Below, in pieces: positions 17,475-26,323 of a DNA stretch of 64,000 nucleotides (the first letter of the stretch is position 1; each line of letters begins with the position of its first letter). Where the stretch lies: NCBI GenBank assembly GCA_965238035.1, contig OZ250163.1:1711575-1775574 (forward strand). Reading direction: 5' to 3'. Under the pieces are notes generated by a model that searched no databases, had not been told where the DNA came from, and saw only the letters and a program-made list of their open reading frames with translations. Source of the DNA: Phototrophicaceae bacterium (GTDB lineage Bacteria; Chloroflexota; Anaerolineae; Aggregatilineales; Phototrophicaceae). Made by a program: the position numbers and the translations under genes.

Positions 17475-18578
17475 TCAATGCGCTTTCGGAAAGCGCTGCA
17501 GCAGATCTGCTTCTACCTGCGTCAGTGCTCGTTCCACCTGTGTCAACTGCACTGTGCCGTCCGCGACCGGCAGCAGACCCTCGTAATGATCCTTGATGCG
17601 CAGGAAGAAGCTGCCCTCCACCGGGTAGGCGACATTTTCGCGCGCGCCGAAGAGCAGGGCATGCAGGCAGCCGAGCAGGGAGCCCGCCTGCGAGCCGACC
17701 ATGATGCCCTTGCCCTGGGCGAGGGCGGCCGCTTCCATCGCCAGCGCCTCGCTGAAGCCGTTGCGCGCGGTCTTGAGGTTGAGGATGTCGAAGCTGTCCT
17801 GCGCCAGCTCGCGTTCCAGCTCCGGCAGGGTGAAGGCCGAGTCGTCGGCGATTAGCGGCAGCGGGCTTTGCGCACGCAGGGCGGCGCGCTCGCGCAGCTG
17901 CGTGACCGGCAGCGGCTCCTCGCACCAGCGCAATTGCTGTTCCGCCAGCTGCTCCAGGTGCGACAGCGCGTTCTGCACAGTGAAGCACTCGTTGGCGTCC
18001 GCGTAGAGCGTTACCCCGTCGCCCACCATCTCGCGCAAGGCACGCAGGGTCGCCAGGTCGCGCTCGAAGTCCACGCCCACCTTCACTTTCAGTACGCGCA
18101 GGCCGGCCGCCACGGCATCCTGGGCCTCCTGCAACACGGCCTCCTGCGCGCCGCTGCTGACGATGCTGCTCAGCCGCAGATCTGGCCGCGTCGCGTCGAT
18201 CAGCTGCGCCAGCGACAGGCCGCGCGACTGCGCCAGGGCGCTGTGCAGGGCCATGTCCAGCGCGCCGCGGGCCGTGTGGTTGTTGCGGATGGCCGTGAGT
18301 TGCTGCTGCAGCCGGCCCAGGTCAGCGCGCTCGCGCACATACTGGCCGAGCAGACGCGGCGCCAGCTCCTCTTCGATGATGGCGCAGATCGAAGCCGCCG
18401 TCTCGCCGTAAATGCCGGGCCGCGGCGGCGCCTCGGCGATGCCGCGCGCGCCGTCGGCCAGTTCGACGCAGACCAGCACGTGCACGGGCTGCTCCAGCTG
18501 CTGGCCGCGGCCCCAGTGCAGCGCGCGCTTCAGCCGCAGGGGCCAGCGCTGCACCTGAATCCTGCGTATCGTGGTCAT
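17475..18578 (-). CDS. Enolase-superfamily enzyme (muconate-lactonizing / dipeptide-epimerase subgroup)
   Basis: 367 aa. Motifs are LKVKVG (KxK), YADANECF, WCEEPL, LIADDS and LNLKTARNG, which fit the metal ligands and the two catalytic Lys of the MLE subgroup. Confidence 0.85.
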   Translation of the reverse strand: MTTIRRIQVQRWPLRLKRALHWGRGQQLEQPVHVLVCVELADGARGIAEAPPRPGIYGETAASICAIIEEELAPRLLGQYVRERADLGRLQQQLTAIRNNHTARGALDMALHSALAQSRGLSLAQLIDATRPDLRLSSIVSSGAQEAVLQEAQDAVAAGLRVLKVKVGVDFERDLATLRALREMVGDGVTLYADANECFTVQNALSHLEQLAEQQLRWCEEPLPVTQLRERAALRAQSPLPLIADDSAFTLPELERELAQDSFDILNLKTARNGFSEALAMEAAALAQGKGIMVGSQAGSLLGCLHALLFGARENVAYPVEGSFFLRIKDHYEGLLPVADGTVQLTQVERALTQVEADLLQRFPKAH

Positions 18579-19396
18579 GGCGCCTCCCCCGCGAAGAGAA
18601 ATTCGCCCGCCGCCCGGGCCGCCGCCTCTGGCGTGAGCGCGTCCATGCGCAGGCAGCGATAGCCCGCCGCCGCGCCGCCGAAGGGCGCGTCGCCGTAGTT
18701 ACGCGCTTCGGCGCCGGCGATGACCAGGGCGCGCGCGCTGATGCGGCCCCCCGCCAGCAGCGCGGCGGCGCGTTCCCGCTGCGCGGCGGGCAGGTACGCC
18801 AGGTCGGCCGCGCCCGTCGCCAGCGCGTCAAAGGCTTCGTCGCGCCCGCTGAGGCGCTGCAGCCGGGTGAGTGGGTAGAGCCACAGCTCCACGATGCGCC
18901 AGCGCGGGAATCGTTGCAGCGCCGCGTCAATCTCGCGCGCGCCGCGCAGCCCTTCGCTGAGCAGCGGGCTCTGTCCGTCGTGTTGGTAGCGCAGCCAGCT
19001 GAAGGCCGCTGCCGAGCCGCCGCCGCAGATTTCTTGCGCGAAGTAGCGCGTCCAGCGAAAACGGCCGGCGCGGTCGCGCACGGGCTGAATGGCCTGGCCG
19101 CTGTGCACTTGCGCCGCGGGGATGATGACCAGGTCGGCCAGGTCGCGGCGCGAGGGCAGGTCGTCGCGGTACTGCCAGCGACCGCTCTGCTGCAGCGCGG
19201 CCAGGGTGGTCGACTTGCCGCTGCCCGTGAGCCCGCAGACCATGCGCAGCGGCAGCGTCCCCAGCGGCTGAAAGCCCGCCTCTGGCTCCAGACGAACGCG
19301 CGGCCAGCGTTGGCACAGACGCGCGCGCAGCGCAGCATCCAGGCGTGGCCAGACCTGTTCGAGGTAGAAGTCCTGGGCCGCGTCCGCGTCCATCAT
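18575..19396 (-). CDS. P-loop NTPase/kinase-like protein of unknown function
   Basis: 273 aa with an APS-kinase-like Walker A (CGLTGSGKSTTLAAL). It starts 3 nt after the gatA stop and has an ATGA overlap with the enolase-family gene. Confidence 0.6.
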   Translation of the reverse strand: MMDADAAQDFYLEQVWPRLDAALRARLCQRWPRVRLEPEAGFQPLGTLPLRMVCGLTGSGKSTTLAALQQSGRWQYRDDLPSRRDLADLVIIPAAQVHSGQAIQPVRDRAGRFRWTRYFAQEICGGGSAAAFSWLRYQHDGQSPLLSEGLRGAREIDAALQRFPRWRIVELWLYPLTRLQRLSGRDEAFDALATGAADLAYLPAAQRERAAALLAGGRISARALVIAGAEARNYGDAPFGGAAAGYRCLRMDALTPEAAARAAGEFLFAGEAP

Positions 19397-19399
19397 GGG

Positions 19400-20863
19400 T
19401 CAGGCGGGCAGCGCCGGCCGCCGCAGATGCCAGTCAGTGGCCTGTTCGTAGGCGTGACCGACGCGCAGGGCCAGCGCCTCACCGAGGGCCGGCGCGATCA
19501 GTTGCATGCCGATGGGCAGGCCGCCATCGTCGAAGCCGCAGGGCAGGTTGAGGCCGACCACGCCGGCCAGGCTGGGTGGCAAGGTGAAGATGTCCTGCAG
19601 GTACATCTGCAGCGGATCGTCGCTGTTCTCGCCAATTTTGAAGGCGGTGGTCGGCGTGGTCGGCGCGGCGATGAGGTCGACCTCGCCGAACGCCTCGTCG
19701 AAATCGCGTTTGATCAGCGTGCGCACCGCCTGCGCCTTGCCGTACCAGGCATCGTAGTAGCCGGCGGAGAGCACGTAGGTGCCGATCATGATGCGCCGCT
19801 TCACTTCCGCGCCGAAGCCCTCGCCGCGGGTAGCACGCCAGGTGGGCCACAGGCCATTGCGCTCCGCGCGCTGGCCGAAGCGCACGCCGTCGTAACGTGC
19901 GAGGTTGGCGCTGGCCTCCGCCGGCGCGATGATGTAATAGGTCGCGACGCTGTGTTCGCTGTGCGGCAGGCTGACCGGGCGCAGCTGCGCGCCCAGCTGC
20001 TGCAGCTGCGCGATGGCCGCGCGCAGGGCCGTCTCCACCTCCGGCTGCAGGCCGGCGACGAAGTATTCCCCGGGGATGCCAATCTTCAGGCCGCGCAGGT
20101 CGCCGGTCAGGGCCGCCAGATAGTCCGGCACCGCTGCCGGCATACTGGTGGCGTCGCGCGGGTCGTGGCCGGCGATGACCTGCAGCAAACGCGCCAGGTC
20201 CCTGGTAGAACGCGCCATCGGCCCCGGGCAATCCAGCGAGGAGCCGAAAGCGACCAGGCCGTAGCGCGAGCAACGGCCGTAGCCCGGCTTCAGCGCCGGG
20301 ATGCCGCAGAAGGCGCCTGGCTGACGGATGCTGCCGCCCGTGTCGGTGCCCAGCGCGCCGGCCGCCATGCCCGCGGCGACCGCCGCCGCGCTGCCGCCGC
20401 TGCTGCCGCCGGGCACGCGTGACAGGTCCCAGGGGTTGCGGCTGGGGAAGTAGCCCGAGTTCTCGGTCGAGGAGCCCATCGCGAACTCGTCCATGTTGAG
20501 CTTGCCGAGAAAGACCGCGCCGGCGGCCTCGAGGCGCTCCACCACGGTGGCCGAGAACACGGGCCGGTAGCCGCGCAGGATTTGGGAGCCGCAGGTGGTC
20601 TCGACGCCCTTCGTCGAGAAGACGTCCTTCAGGCCCAGCGGGATGCCCGCCAGCGGCCCGGCGCTGCCATCACGATACGCTGCGTCGGCGCGATCGGCGG
20701 CGGCCAGCGCCGCGTCGGCGGTGATTGTCAGCCAGGCGCGCAGCTGCGGATCAAGCAGGTCGATACGCGCCAGATATGCGCGCGTCAGGTCCACGGCGGA
20801 AAGCTCGCGCTGGCGCAGCAGCGTCAGCGCAGCGCTGATTCCCAGGTCGGTTAGTTCGCTCAC
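19400..20863 (-). CDS. gatA: Asp-tRNA(Asn)/Glu-tRNA(Gln) amidotransferase subunit A
   Basis: 487 aa with the amidase signature (GGSSGGSAAAVAAG) and a typical GatA N-terminus (LRQRELSAVDLTRAYLARI). Confidence 0.9.
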   Translation of the reverse strand: MSELTDLGISAALTLLRQRELSAVDLTRAYLARIDLLDPQLRAWLTITADAALAAADRADAAYRDGSAGPLAGIPLGLKDVFSTKGVETTCGSQILRGYRPVFSATVVERLEAAGAVFLGKLNMDEFAMGSSTENSGYFPSRNPWDLSRVPGGSSGGSAAAVAAGMAAGALGTDTGGSIRQPGAFCGIPALKPGYGRCSRYGLVAFGSSLDCPGPMARSTRDLARLLQVIAGHDPRDATSMPAAVPDYLAALTGDLRGLKIGIPGEYFVAGLQPEVETALRAAIAQLQQLGAQLRPVSLPHSEHSVATYYIIAPAEASANLARYDGVRFGQRAERNGLWPTWRATRGEGFGAEVKRRIMIGTYVLSAGYYDAWYGKAQAVRTLIKRDFDEAFGEVDLIAAPTTPTTAFKIGENSDDPLQMYLQDIFTLPPSLAGVVGLNLPCGFDDGGLPIGMQLIAPALGEALALRVGHAYEQATDWHLRRPALPA

Positions 20864-20883
20864 GGTCTTGCCCGCTGGCCGGG

Positions 20884-21333
20884 CTAGAAGTAGCCCTGCA
20901 TCAGGCGCAGGAACCAGATGGGCGTCAGGGCGCCGGAAACATTGTCATAGACATCCGCCCAGGGTTTGATGTCGAGCACGGGCGTGCCGTCGATGGCGTC
21001 GAGGCGACGCACGGTCAGCACCGCGCCGTCCACAGAGATGATCTCCGCCGTGGAGACGCCGATGCCGTTGGGACGCACCCGGTCGCGCTGGGCGAAGACG
21101 CCCAGGTCGGGCATGTCTGCGCGGCCGCGCGGCCGATGCACCAGGTCGCCGGCGAGGTCAAAGCTGGCCTCGTGCATCAGGTAGACCACCATGACGTGCG
21201 ACCACTGGTCGATGCCCTTGAGGCCGGGCGCCAGCTCCGGGCGGACGTGGATCTCGGCGACGACATCGCCCCAGCGCTCGTCCAGGGCCTCCGTGACCGG
21301 CGAGCGCACGACGCCCACAGGCTCGATCTGCAT
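20884..21333 (-). CDS. TsaA/TrmO (YaeB)-like SAM-dependent methyltransferase
   Basis: 149 aa. Shows IEPVGVVRSP, RPNGIGVS and DGTPVLDIKPW, characteristic of the TsaA-like domain. Confidence 0.85.
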   Translation of the reverse strand: MQIEPVGVVRSPVTEALDERWGDVVAEIHVRPELAPGLKGIDQWSHVMVVYLMHEASFDLAGDLVHRPRGRADMPDLGVFAQRDRVRPNGIGVSTAEIISVDGAVLTVRRLDAIDGTPVLDIKPWADVYDNVSGALTPIWFLRLMQGYF

Positions 21334-21409
21334 GGTTTTCCCTCGCTAGCCCACACGAGCAGTCAGTGTAGCGGCGCGGGCGGGCAGAGTCCAGATGTGG
21401 GAGGAGCCC

Positions 21410-22843
21410 TCAGCGCCAGGCCCGCAGGACAGCGCGCGCCCGCAGGACAGCGCGCGCTGCGTGGTAGCCGCACATGCCGTGCACGCCGGCGCCCGGTGGC
21501 GTGGACGAGGAGCAGAGCCAGATGTCTTTGGCGGGCGTGGCGTAGGGGTGCAGCGCGTTGAGCGGGCGCGCGAAGTGCTGCGCCAGGTCCTGGACGCCGC
21601 CGCCGATGTCGCCGCCGACGAGGTTCGCGTTGTGTTGCTCCAGCTGCGCTGTGTTCATACTGTGGCGCGCCAGCACCCGCTCGCGGAAGCCGGGCGCGAA
21701 GCGCTCGATCTGCGCTTCGACCTGCGCTGTCATGTCGACCGTGCTGCCATGCGGCACGTGACAGTAGGCCCAGGCCGTGTGGCGGCCGGCAGGCGCGCGC
21801 GTCTCGTCGAAGAGGCTCTGTTGACCGAGCAGCACGAAGGGGCGCTCGCTGACGCGGCCGCGCCACAGGGGGCGCAGCGCTGCCGCGATCTCCGCCAGCG
21901 AGCCGCCCAGATGCAGCGTGCCCGCCCGCTGACAGTCCGGCGCCGCCCAGGGGATGGGCGCGGCCAGCGCGTAATCCAGCTTGAAGACGCCTGGGCCGTA
22001 ACGATAGCGGCCCAGCGCCTGGCGGTAGCGCTGCGGCAGGCGCTCGCCGGCGATGCGCAGCAACTGGCGCGGCGTCAGGTCGAAGAGCAGGGCGCGCGCC
22101 CGCGGCAGCTCGTCGATATGGGTCACCGCCTGGCCCGTGCAGATCTCGCCGCCCAGCGCGCGCAGTTGGGAGCCCAGCGCCCCGGCCAGGGCCTGCGCGC
22201 CGCCGCGCGGCGACGGCCAGCCGACGCTCTGCGCCAGGGCAATCAGCACCAGGGCGAAAGCGCTTGATGGCGAACGCTCCAGCGGCAGGATGCCGTGAGC
22301 GGCGTTGCCGGCCAGCAAGGCGCGCGCCTCTTCCGTGCGCAGCAGGTGGCGCGCCAGCGTCGTGGTGGGCAGGATTCCTGGCAGGCCGAAGCGCGCCAGC
22401 AAGAGCGGCCGTCGTGGCCAGTGCAAGGGCGCGAGGATGTCGGCGAAGAGGACTTCGTGCTCTGCCACCAGCGGGCCGAAGAGGCGCTGCCAGGGCAGGG
22501 CGTCACGGCCAAGGTTCGCCGCTGTGGCGCGCAGCGAGCGTTGCAAGCCTGGGGCGCGTCCGCCATCCAGGGGGTGGGCCAGCGGGATGGGCGGCTGCAC
22601 CCATTCGAGGCCGTGCTCTGCCAGTGGCAGGGAGCGCAGGAAGGGCGAGGCCAGCGCCAGGGGATGTACGGCAGAGCAGAGGTCGTGCGTGAAGCCGGGC
22701 AGCGTCAGTTCGGCGGAACGCAGGCCGCCGCCAATTTCCTGCTGTGCCTCGTAGACGCGCACCTGCAGCCCCGCCTGCGCCAGCGTAATGGCGGCGGCCA
22801 GCCCGTTGGGGCCGGCGCCGACCACGATGGCGTCGGGCGTCAT
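21410..22843 (-). CDS. NAD(P)/FAD-dependent oxidoreductase (phytoene-desaturase-like)
   Basis: Track ORF 21410-23440 trimmed to ATG 22843 (MTPDAIVVGAGPNGLAAAITLAQAG, a dinucleotide-binding motif). This start makes an ATGA overlap with the stop of the upstream gene. Confidence 0.8.
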   Translation of the reverse strand: MTPDAIVVGAGPNGLAAAITLAQAGLQVRVYEAQQEIGGGLRSAELTLPGFTHDLCSAVHPLALASPFLRSLPLAEHGLEWVQPPIPLAHPLDGGRAPGLQRSLRATAANLGRDALPWQRLFGPLVAEHEVLFADILAPLHWPRRPLLLARFGLPGILPTTTLARHLLRTEEARALLAGNAAHGILPLERSPSSAFALVLIALAQSVGWPSPRGGAQALAGALGSQLRALGGEICTGQAVTHIDELPRARALLFDLTPRQLLRIAGERLPQRYRQALGRYRYGPGVFKLDYALAAPIPWAAPDCQRAGTLHLGGSLAEIAAALRPLWRGRVSERPFVLLGQQSLFDETRAPAGRHTAWAYCHVPHGSTVDMTAQVEAQIERFAPGFRERVLARHSMNTAQLEQHNANLVGGDIGGGVQDLAQHFARPLNALHPYATPAKDIWLCSSSTPPGAGVHGMCGYHAARAVLRARAVLRAWR

Positions 22844-23844
22844 GGCTGGCTGGCGAGTTCGAGTTCGCGGCTGCGCTGGCGGTAGCCGGCGGGCGATGGC
22901 GGCGACTGCCGGTCGTGGTGGGCCACGATGCGCGCCAGATAGTCTGGCAGCGGCGTATAGCGCAGGCCGAGTTCGGTTTTGCTGCGCGCGTTGTCCAGCT
23001 CCGACATCCAGGTATCGCTGAAGGGGGAACAGTCCGGCAGCAGGCCGGCGCGCTCCAGTTGCGCGCGCGGGACCTCGACCAGCTCCGCCGGCTGCTCGCC
23101 CGCGCAGTCGGCCAGCATGGCGAGCCAGGCACTCAGGCTGACAGTCTCGTCCTGGCTGATGTTGAAGACCTCGCCCTGGCCCGGCCCGCGCATGAGTAAC
23201 GCCAGCACTGCGCGCACCACGTCGTGGCCGTCGACGTGGCGCAGGGGGTATTGTGGCGCGTCCGGCACCAGAATCGGTCCACCGTCGCGGATGCGCAGCA
23301 GATAGTTGTAAAGGCGCAGGAAATGGTCGCGCTCGCTGTTGACCATGGGCAGGCGCAGTGTCGTTACCGGGAAGCGCTTTTCCTGCCAGGTGCGCGCCAG
23401 CAGGTCTTCGACCGCGCGCTTGTCGACGCCGTAGAGCCACTCCTCGTGGTCGTAGGTGCCCGTCGCGGGCTCGGGCACAGGGGTTCCGCCATCGTAATCC
23501 GCCTCGACGAAGGGGCGCGCCAGCCCTTCGCGCACCAGATAGACCTGGCCCGTGCTGATGAAGAGGTAATGTCCCGTGCGGCCGGCCAGCTGCGCCACGG
23601 CCCGCTGCGCCTGCGCGCCATCGTAGAGCACCATGTCGACCACGGCGTCGTAGTCGGCCGTGGCCAGGGCCTGTGCCAGGCTGGCGGGCGCGTTGCGATC
23701 GCCATGGATGCGCGTGACCGCCGAGGGCAGCTCGTCGACTGTCTGGCCGCGATTGAACACGGTGACCTGGTGGCCGGCCTCGAGCAGGGCCAACGCCAGC
23801 AGATGACCCACGTTGCGCGTGCCGCCGATGATGAGAACCTTCAT
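22840..23844 (-). CDS. NAD-dependent epimerase/dehydratase family protein
   Basis: 334 aa with a Rossmann N-terminus (MKVLIIGGTRNVGHLLALALL). Confidence 0.8.
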   Translation of the reverse strand: MKVLIIGGTRNVGHLLALALLEAGHQVTVFNRGQTVDELPSAVTRIHGDRNAPASLAQALATADYDAVVDMVLYDGAQAQRAVAQLAGRTGHYLFISTGQVYLVREGLARPFVEADYDGGTPVPEPATGTYDHEEWLYGVDKRAVEDLLARTWQEKRFPVTTLRLPMVNSERDHFLRLYNYLLRIRDGGPILVPDAPQYPLRHVDGHDVVRAVLALLMRGPGQGEVFNISQDETVSLSAWLAMLADCAGEQPAELVEVPRAQLERAGLLPDCSPFSDTWMSELDNARSKTELGLRYTPLPDYLARIVAHHDRQSPPSPAGYRQRSRELELASQP

Positions 23845-24209
23845 GCGCTGCGCCTGACTTTCAATTTCAGCAGTCCCATCATACTAGCGTGCCCAGGGCA
23901 AAACGCCGCAGGCCCCGACCAGCGCTTTCCACCACTTGCCTGGCCACCAGACGGCGCAGAAGGCCATCCGGGAAGAGCAGGGCGCGGCCGAAGATGGCGA
24001 AGAAATCCTCTGCCGGCAGGCCGTGGGCCTCGTTCGGCGCCTCAAGAAAGCCTCCGTATCTCTCTTGCAGCACCGCATGCGCATCGGTTACAGTCGCGCC
24101 GCGCGCCGTGCTTTCCCTGCCGGAGGAAATCGCCAGTTAGCGACCGTTCGCCTGCGTGGGTGCTATCGGATCAGCGTCGGCGACATAGATCAATTTATTG
24201 GAATGCGGC

Positions 24210-25376
24210 ATGACGCAACCTGATGTGATCATCATTGGTGGTGGCATCGTCGGCGCAGCGGCCGCCTACGAATGCGCGCACGCCGGCCTGCGCACCCTGT
24301 TGCTGGACCGCGCCGACCGCGGCCGCGCCACCGATGCCGGCGCCGGCATTGTCTCGCCGCTCTCCACCCGCTACGAGTTGGGCGAGGCCTGGTGTGATCT
24401 GGCGCTCGCCGCTGCCCAACACTATCCGCCCCTCATCGAAGCGTTGGCGGCCACCGGTCAGCAGGACACCGGTTACGCTCCTTGTGGCCTGTTGCTCGTC
24501 GCCAGCGATGAGGACGAGCTGATGCCCTTCCAGAATGCCGCACGCCAGCTGCGAAAGCGACTGGCCGTGTGCGGCTATAAGGATGAAGAACTCCAGCGAA
24601 TCTCCGGCAACCAGGCGCAGGCCCTCTTCCCGCCACTCCGCGTGCCATTGGGTGTCCTGCACAACCGCCTCGCCGCCCGCGTCGATGGCCGCAAGATGGC
24701 CCGCGCCCTGCAAGCTGCTGCCGCCTTCCATGGCGCGGTAATCGTCGAAGAAAGTGTTCAGAGCATCCTTCGCGGGTCGGATGGTACGGCCCAGGGCGTC
24801 ACCACGAGTGGCGCGACCCGGCACGCTGGCCGTGTCATTCTGGCCGGCGGCGCCTGGTCTGCCGCTTTTGGCGATCAGTTGAATCTACCTTTGCCCATCG
24901 AACCGCAACGCGGCCAGATCGCTCATATACAGTTGCCCGAAGCCAGCACGCCACCGACCGAAGACTGGCCCATCGTGAATGGCTTTCGTGGGCATTACCT
25001 GGTGTCCTGGCCGGGTCAGCGCATCGCCGTCGGCGCCACGCGGGAATCCGGCACCGGCTTTGATTATCGCCAAACCGCCGGTGGCATTGCCGAAGTGCTT
25101 CGTGAAGCGCTGCGGGTCGCGCCCGGCCTGGCTGATGCGACCTTCCTTGAGCTGCGCATCGGCTTCCGCCCCGCGACGCCGGATGGTCTACCCGTCCTGG
25201 GGGAGGTGCCGGGAACGCCCAACCTCTTCCTGGCGACCGGGCATGGCGCTTCCGGCTTGCACCTCGGCCCCTATAGCGGTTTGCTGGCCGCCCGCTGGGC
25301 CCAGGGGGAAGCCCTGAGCGAAGTGCTGGCCCCCTTCAGCGCCACTCGCTTTGGGGATTCGACATCATTACACTAG
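24210..25376 (+). CDS. FAD-dependent oxidoreductase (DAO / glycine-oxidase-like)
   Basis: Start at ATG 24210 (MTQPDVIIIGGGIVGAAAAYE). About 388 aa with DAO-family architecture. Confidence 0.85.
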   Translation: MTQPDVIIIGGGIVGAAAAYECAHAGLRTLLLDRADRGRATDAGAGIVSPLSTRYELGEAWCDLALAAAQHYPPLIEALAATGQQDTGYAPCGLLLVASDEDELMPFQNAARQLRKRLAVCGYKDEELQRISGNQAQALFPPLRVPLGVLHNRLAARVDGRKMARALQAAAAFHGAVIVEESVQSILRGSDGTAQGVTTSGATRHAGRVILAGGAWSAAFGDQLNLPLPIEPQRGQIAHIQLPEASTPPTEDWPIVNGFRGHYLVSWPGQRIAVGATRESGTGFDYRQTAGGIAEVLREALRVAPGLADATFLELRIGFRPATPDGLPVLGEVPGTPNLFLATGHGASGLHLGPYSGLLAARWAQGEALSEVLAPFSATRFGDSTSLH

Positions 25377-25552
25377 TCCAGGTAACAACAGCAGTTTTCG
25401 GGAAAAGTAGCGATGGAAGCCACAGCGTTTCAGCACATGCTGGAACAAGCGCTGCAACCGCAGCTGATTGAGCGCGCTTACATACCATCAAACTTCAGCT
25501 GCTGACCTGGCGCGCTGCTCCGCGCGGATGCGCTGACGCAGCGACAAGAATG

Positions 25553-26323
25553 TCAGCGCGCCGGCTCGTGCAACACGAACACAAAGGCCGCCGCGAACAG
25601 CCCCGGCCACAGGTCTTTCAGGATGGATGTGCCCTCGTAAGGGATTTCGCGCCCGATCTCCAGCCGCAGTTGCCGCACCCACCAGTGGAAGTCCGCCCGG
25701 GTCCAGAAACGCAGATGTTCACCCGGTGTCACGATCCATTGCAGTGGAAAGCGACCAAGCAACAGGCGCAGTCGGTGTTGATGAAAGCCGGTATTGGGGA
25801 TGGATACGATGAAGCCCTTTTTCACGTAGGGTCGCAGGTCGTTCAGCAGCTGTTCCGGATCCGGCAGGTGCTCGATAATCTCCGAAAGAATCACATAGTC
25901 AACCGGCTGCCCGACGTATTCGCTCACCGGCCGGTTGATATCGGAAAGGGTCACATCCAGCCCCTGGGCGCGGCAAAAGGCGACCGCCTCCGGCGCAATG
26001 TCGATGCCCCGGGCCTCAATCTTCCTGTGGTCCAGCATGTAGCGCAGCAGGGCACCATCACCCGTGCCCAGGTCCAGCACGCGGTCGCCGTCAGCCACGA
26101 GGCTGGTGAAGATCCTGGCGCGCTTCAGGCGCCAGGTGGACAGTTCCTCCGGTTTGCGCAGCGTCTTGCCTTGCCAGTAAAGATCGGGATCTGTTGCGCC
26201 GACCCTTGCTGTAGCGGGGTAGATAAACAATCGACGCAATCTGCGCCAGGAACCGGCCAGCCACAGGTAAAGGGGACGAGTCGGCCCCTGGCGCAGGGCG
26301 CGTTTGAGCAATGGATCAGCCAT
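25553..26323 (-). CDS. Class I SAM-dependent methyltransferase
   Basis: 256 aa with motif I (RVLDLGTGDGALL). Overlaps the upstream flippase gene by 8 nt. Confidence 0.8.
   Translation of the reverse strand: MADPLLKRALRQGPTRPLYLWLAGSWRRLRRLFIYPATARVGATDPDLYWQGKTLRKPEELSTWRLKRARIFTSLVADGDRVLDLGTGDGALLRYMLDHRKIEARGIDIAPEAVAFCRAQGLDVTLSDINRPVSEYVGQPVDYVILSEIIEHLPDPEQLLNDLRPYVKKGFIVSIPNTGFHQHRLRLLLGRFPLQWIVTPGEHLRFWTRADFHWWVRQLRLEIGREIPYEGTSILKDLWPGLFAAAFVFVLHEPAR

Noticed and set aside
22844-23440. N-terminal 199-codon extension of the 676-aa track ORF 21410-23440.
   Set aside because: The extension overlaps the epimerase gene in another frame and is Arg/Pro/Ala-rich. The dinucleotide-binding motif starts right after ATG 22843, and that ATG forms an ATGA junction with the upstream stop.
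23879-24073. 64-codon minus-strand ORF (GTG start) upstream of the 22840-23844 operon. It includes a coding-looking stretch, HGLPAEDFFAIFGRALLFPDGLL.
   Set aside because: There is no Shine-Dalgarno sequence, the start is GTG only, I recognise no family, and an in-frame stop lies just upstream. It may be a gene remnant or a small real gene, but I cannot support it from sequence alone.
25415-25507. 30-codon ATG ORF (MEATAFQHMLEQALQPQLIERAYIPSNFSC) in the gap between convergent genes.
   Set aside because: It is too short, has no RBS and no recognisable motif. It is more likely chance. The nearby 8-bp stem GCGCTGAC...GTCAGCGC (about 25529-25558) overlaps the methyltransferase stop and lacks a U-tract.
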